Shown here piece after piece: positions 61,101 to 64,000 of a stretch of 64,000 nt of DNA. The stretch spans positions 185,071-249,070 of the forward strand of contig NIVC01001672.1 of NCBI GenBank assembly GCA_002269645.1, read 5' to 3'. A program made the position numbers and the translations under genes. The notes beneath the pieces were generated by a model, which was not told the DNA's origin, ran no database searches, and was given only the letters and a program-made list of their open reading frames with translations. The first letter of the stretch is position 1; each line of letters opens with the position of its first letter. The stretch comes from Macrostomum lignano (Eukaryota).

Positions 61101-64000
61101 TCGCAAGTGGCGCTGGTACTACACCCGAGTGGTCTACCGTCGACGCTACGGTCGCAAGTGGCGCGTGCACTTTAGGAAGTGGCTGAAGAGAGTGTGGAAG
61201 AAGCCGTCACCGAAGCGTCGCGTCCTGCACAAGGTCACCTGGTACAAGAGACACTACGGTCGCAAGTGGCGCTGGTACTACACCGAGTGGTCTACCGTCG
61301 ACGCTACGGTCGCAAGTGGCGCGTGCACTTTAGGAAGTGGCTGAAGCGAGTGTGGAAGAAGCCGTCACCGAAGCGTCGCGTCCTGCACAAGGTCACCTGG
61401 TACAAGAGACACTACGGTCGCAAGTGGCGCTGGTACTACACCCGAGTGGTCTACCGTCGACGCTACGGTCGCAAGTGGCGCGTGCACTTTAGGAAGTGGC
61501 TGAAGAGAGTGTGGAAGAAGCCGTCACCGAAGCGTCGCGTCCTGCACAAGGTCACCTGGTACAAGAGACACTACGGTCGCAAGTGGCGCTGGTACTACAC
61601 CCGAGTGGTCTACCGTCGACGCTACGGTCGCAAGTGGCGCGTGCACTTTAGGAAGTGGCTGAAGAGAGTGTGGAAGAAGCCGTCACCGAAGCGTCGCGTC
61701 CTGCACAAGGTCACCTGGTACAAGAGACACTACGGTCGCAAGTGGCGCTGGTACTACACCCGAGTGGTCTACCGTCGACGCTACGGTCGCAAGTGGCGCG
61801 TGCACTTTAGGAAGTGGCTGAAGAGAGTGTGGAAGAAGCCGTCACCGAAGCGTCGCGTCCTGCACAAGGTCACCTGGTACAAGAGACACTACGGTCGCAA
61901 GTGGCGCTGGTACTACACCCGAGTGGTCTACCGTCGACGCTACGGTCGCAAGTGGCGCGTGCACTTTAGGAAGTGGCTGAAGCGAGTGTGGAAGAAGCCG
62001 TCACCGAAGCGTCGCGTCCTGCACAAGGTCACCTGGTACAAGAGACACTACGGTCGCAAGTGGCGCTGGTACTACACCCGAGTGGTCTACCGTCGACGCT
62101 ACGGTCGCAAGTGGCGCGTGCACTTTAGGAAGTGGCTGAAGAGAGTGTGGAAGAAGCCGTCACCGAAGCGTCGCGTCCTGCACAAGGTCACCTGGTACAA
62201 GAGACACTACGGTCGCAAGTGGCGCTGGTACTACACCCGAGTGGTCTACCGTCGACGCTACGGTCGCAAGTGGCGCGTGCACTTTAGGAAGTGGCTGAAG
62301 CGAGTGTGGAAGAAGCCGTCACCGAAGCGTCGCGTCCTGCACAAGGTCACCTGGTACAAGAGACACTACGGTCGCAAGTGGCGCTGGTACTACACCCGAG
62401 TGGTCTACCGTCGACGCTACGGTCGCAAGTGGCGCGTGCACTTTAGGAAGTGGCTGAAGAGAGTGTGGAAGAAGCCGTCACCGAAGCGTCGCGTCCTGCA
62501 CAAGGTCACCTGGTACAAGAGACACTACGGTCGCAAGTGGCGCTGGTACTACACCCGAGTGGTCTACCATCGACGCTACGGTCGCAAGTGGCGCGTGCAC
62601 TTTAGGAAGTGGCTGAAGAGAGTGTGGAAGAAGCCGTCACCGAAGCGTCGCGTCCTGCACAAGGTCACCTGGTACAAGAGACACTACGGTCGCAAGTGGC
62701 GCTGGTACTACACCCGAGTGGTCTACCGTCGACGCTACGGTCGCAAGTGGCGCGTGCACTTTAGGAAGTGGCTGAAGCGAGTGTGGAAGAAGCCGTCACC
62801 GAAGCGTCGCGTCCTGCACAAGGTCACCTGGTACAAGAGACACTACGGTCGCAAGTGGCGCTGGTACTACACCCGAGTGGTCTACCGTCGACGCTACGGT
62901 CGCAAGTGGCGCGTGCACTTTAGGAAGTGGCTGAAGAGAGTGTGGAAGAAGCCGTCACCGAAGCGTCGCGTCCTGCACAAGGTTGGTTGGTTCAAGCGAC
63001 GTTATGGAACAAACTGGCGTTGGTACTACACTCGAGTTGTTTATCAGCATCGATTTGGTCGGAAGTGGAGGGTGCATTTTAAACTATGGGAAAAGCACAC
63101 GTGGAAGCGTCCGGCTCCAAAACGTCCGCACGTTATAGTGCACACTTTGAGATGGTTTAAAAAGCATTATCCTAAGAATTGGAGGTGGTATTACACTCGC
63201 TGGTTTATCATCGAAAATTTGGAATTAAATGGAGATCTCACTTCCGAAGGTGGGTGAAAACGGTCTGGAAGAAGCCGTCGCCGAAGCGTCGCGTCCTGCA
63301 CAAGGTCACCTGGTACAAGAGACACTACGGTCGCAAGTGGCGCTGGTACTACACCCGAGTGGTCTACCGTCGACGCTACGGTCGCAAGTGGCGCGTGCAC
63401 TTTAGGAAGTGGCTGAAGCGAGTGTGGAAGAAGCCGTCACCGAAGCGTCGCGTCCTGCACAAGGTCACCTGGTACAAGAGACACTACGGTCGCAAGTGGC
63501 GCTGGTACTACACCCGAGTGGTCTACCGTCGACGCTACGGTCGCAAGTGGCGCGTGCACTTTAAGGAAGTGGCTGAAGCGAGTGTGGAAGAAGCCGTCAC
63601 CGAAGCGTCGCGTCCTGCACAAGGTCACCTGGTACAAGAGACACTACGGTCGCAAGTGGCGCTGGTACTACACCCGAGTGGTCTACCGTCGACGCTACGG
63701 TCGCAAGTGCGCGCGTGCACTTTAGGAAGTGGCTGAAGCGAGTGTGAAGAAGCCGTCACCCGAAGCGTCGCGTCCTGCACAAGGTTGGTTGGTTCAAGCG
63801 ACGTTATGGAACAAACTGGCGTTGGTAGCTACACTCGAGTTGTTTGATCAGCATCGATTTGGTCGGAAGTGGAGGGTGCATTTTAAACTATGGGAAAAGC
63901 ACACGTGGAAGCGTCCGGCTCCAAAACGTCCGCACGTTATAGTGCACACTTTGAGATGGTTTAAAAAAGCATTATCCTAAGAATTGGAGGTGGTATTACA
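55195..64000 (+). CDS. Exon E: two Lys/Trp/Tyr-rich modules, then more than 40 copies of a 159-bp (53-aa) Arg/Lys/Trp/Tyr repeat; open at window end; several single-base frameshifts as assembled
   Basis: ctttag|GC CAC TCA. Non-repetitive stop-free frame to about 56600, then unit HKVTWYKRHYGRKWRWYYTRVVYRRRYGRKWRVHFRKWLKRVWKKPSPKRRVL. The common variant CGA/AGA is synonymous. Diverged units at 62980-63260 and 63783-64000 keep the protein motif despite many nucleotide changes. Confidence 0.8.

Noticed and set aside
55195-64000. Identification as the known adhesive Mlig-ap1
   Set aside because: From memory ap1 has Trp-poor K/R repeats with lectin/vWD/EGF-type domains; this protein has a vWA-like head and Trp/Tyr-rich units. 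BLAST is needed to exclude it formally.

Overview
Eukaryotic, intron-containing animal DNA with GC-rich exons and introns packed with short tandem arrays. The style fits a flatworm such as Macrostomum (inference only). By-eye splicing gives four + strand genes: (1) the last two exons of a non-muscle myosin II heavy chain (1289-1506, 7158-7347); (2) a two-exon DEG/ENaC channel with an atypical pore (14305-17333, about 650 aa); (3) a seven-exon lethal giant larvae homologue (32615-41831, about 1276 aa); (4) an unrecognised secreted-looking giant protein (about 51475 to beyond 64000). Gene 4 has a signal peptide, a MIDAS-degenerate vWA-like domain, two Lys/Trp/Tyr-rich modules and more than 40 near-identical 53-aa repeats with 22 Arg+Lys, 13 aromatic and no acidic residues. 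It is the main candidate for an undescribed system. It has no genomic in-frame ATG, but an in-frame splice acceptor could take the AUG from a flatworm spliced leader. The rest is mobile and repetitive DNA: a Ty3/gypsy LTR+gag, an R1/LOA-type LINE with RNase H, RTE and Penelope-like fragments (with a hammerhead-like motif), CORE-SINEs, hAT MITEs (one carrying a satellite), CpG-decayed hAT and mariner remnants, a USP-like ORF, a degenerate 28S rDNA R2-target fragment and many minisatellites. All calls were made by eye; no database search was run.
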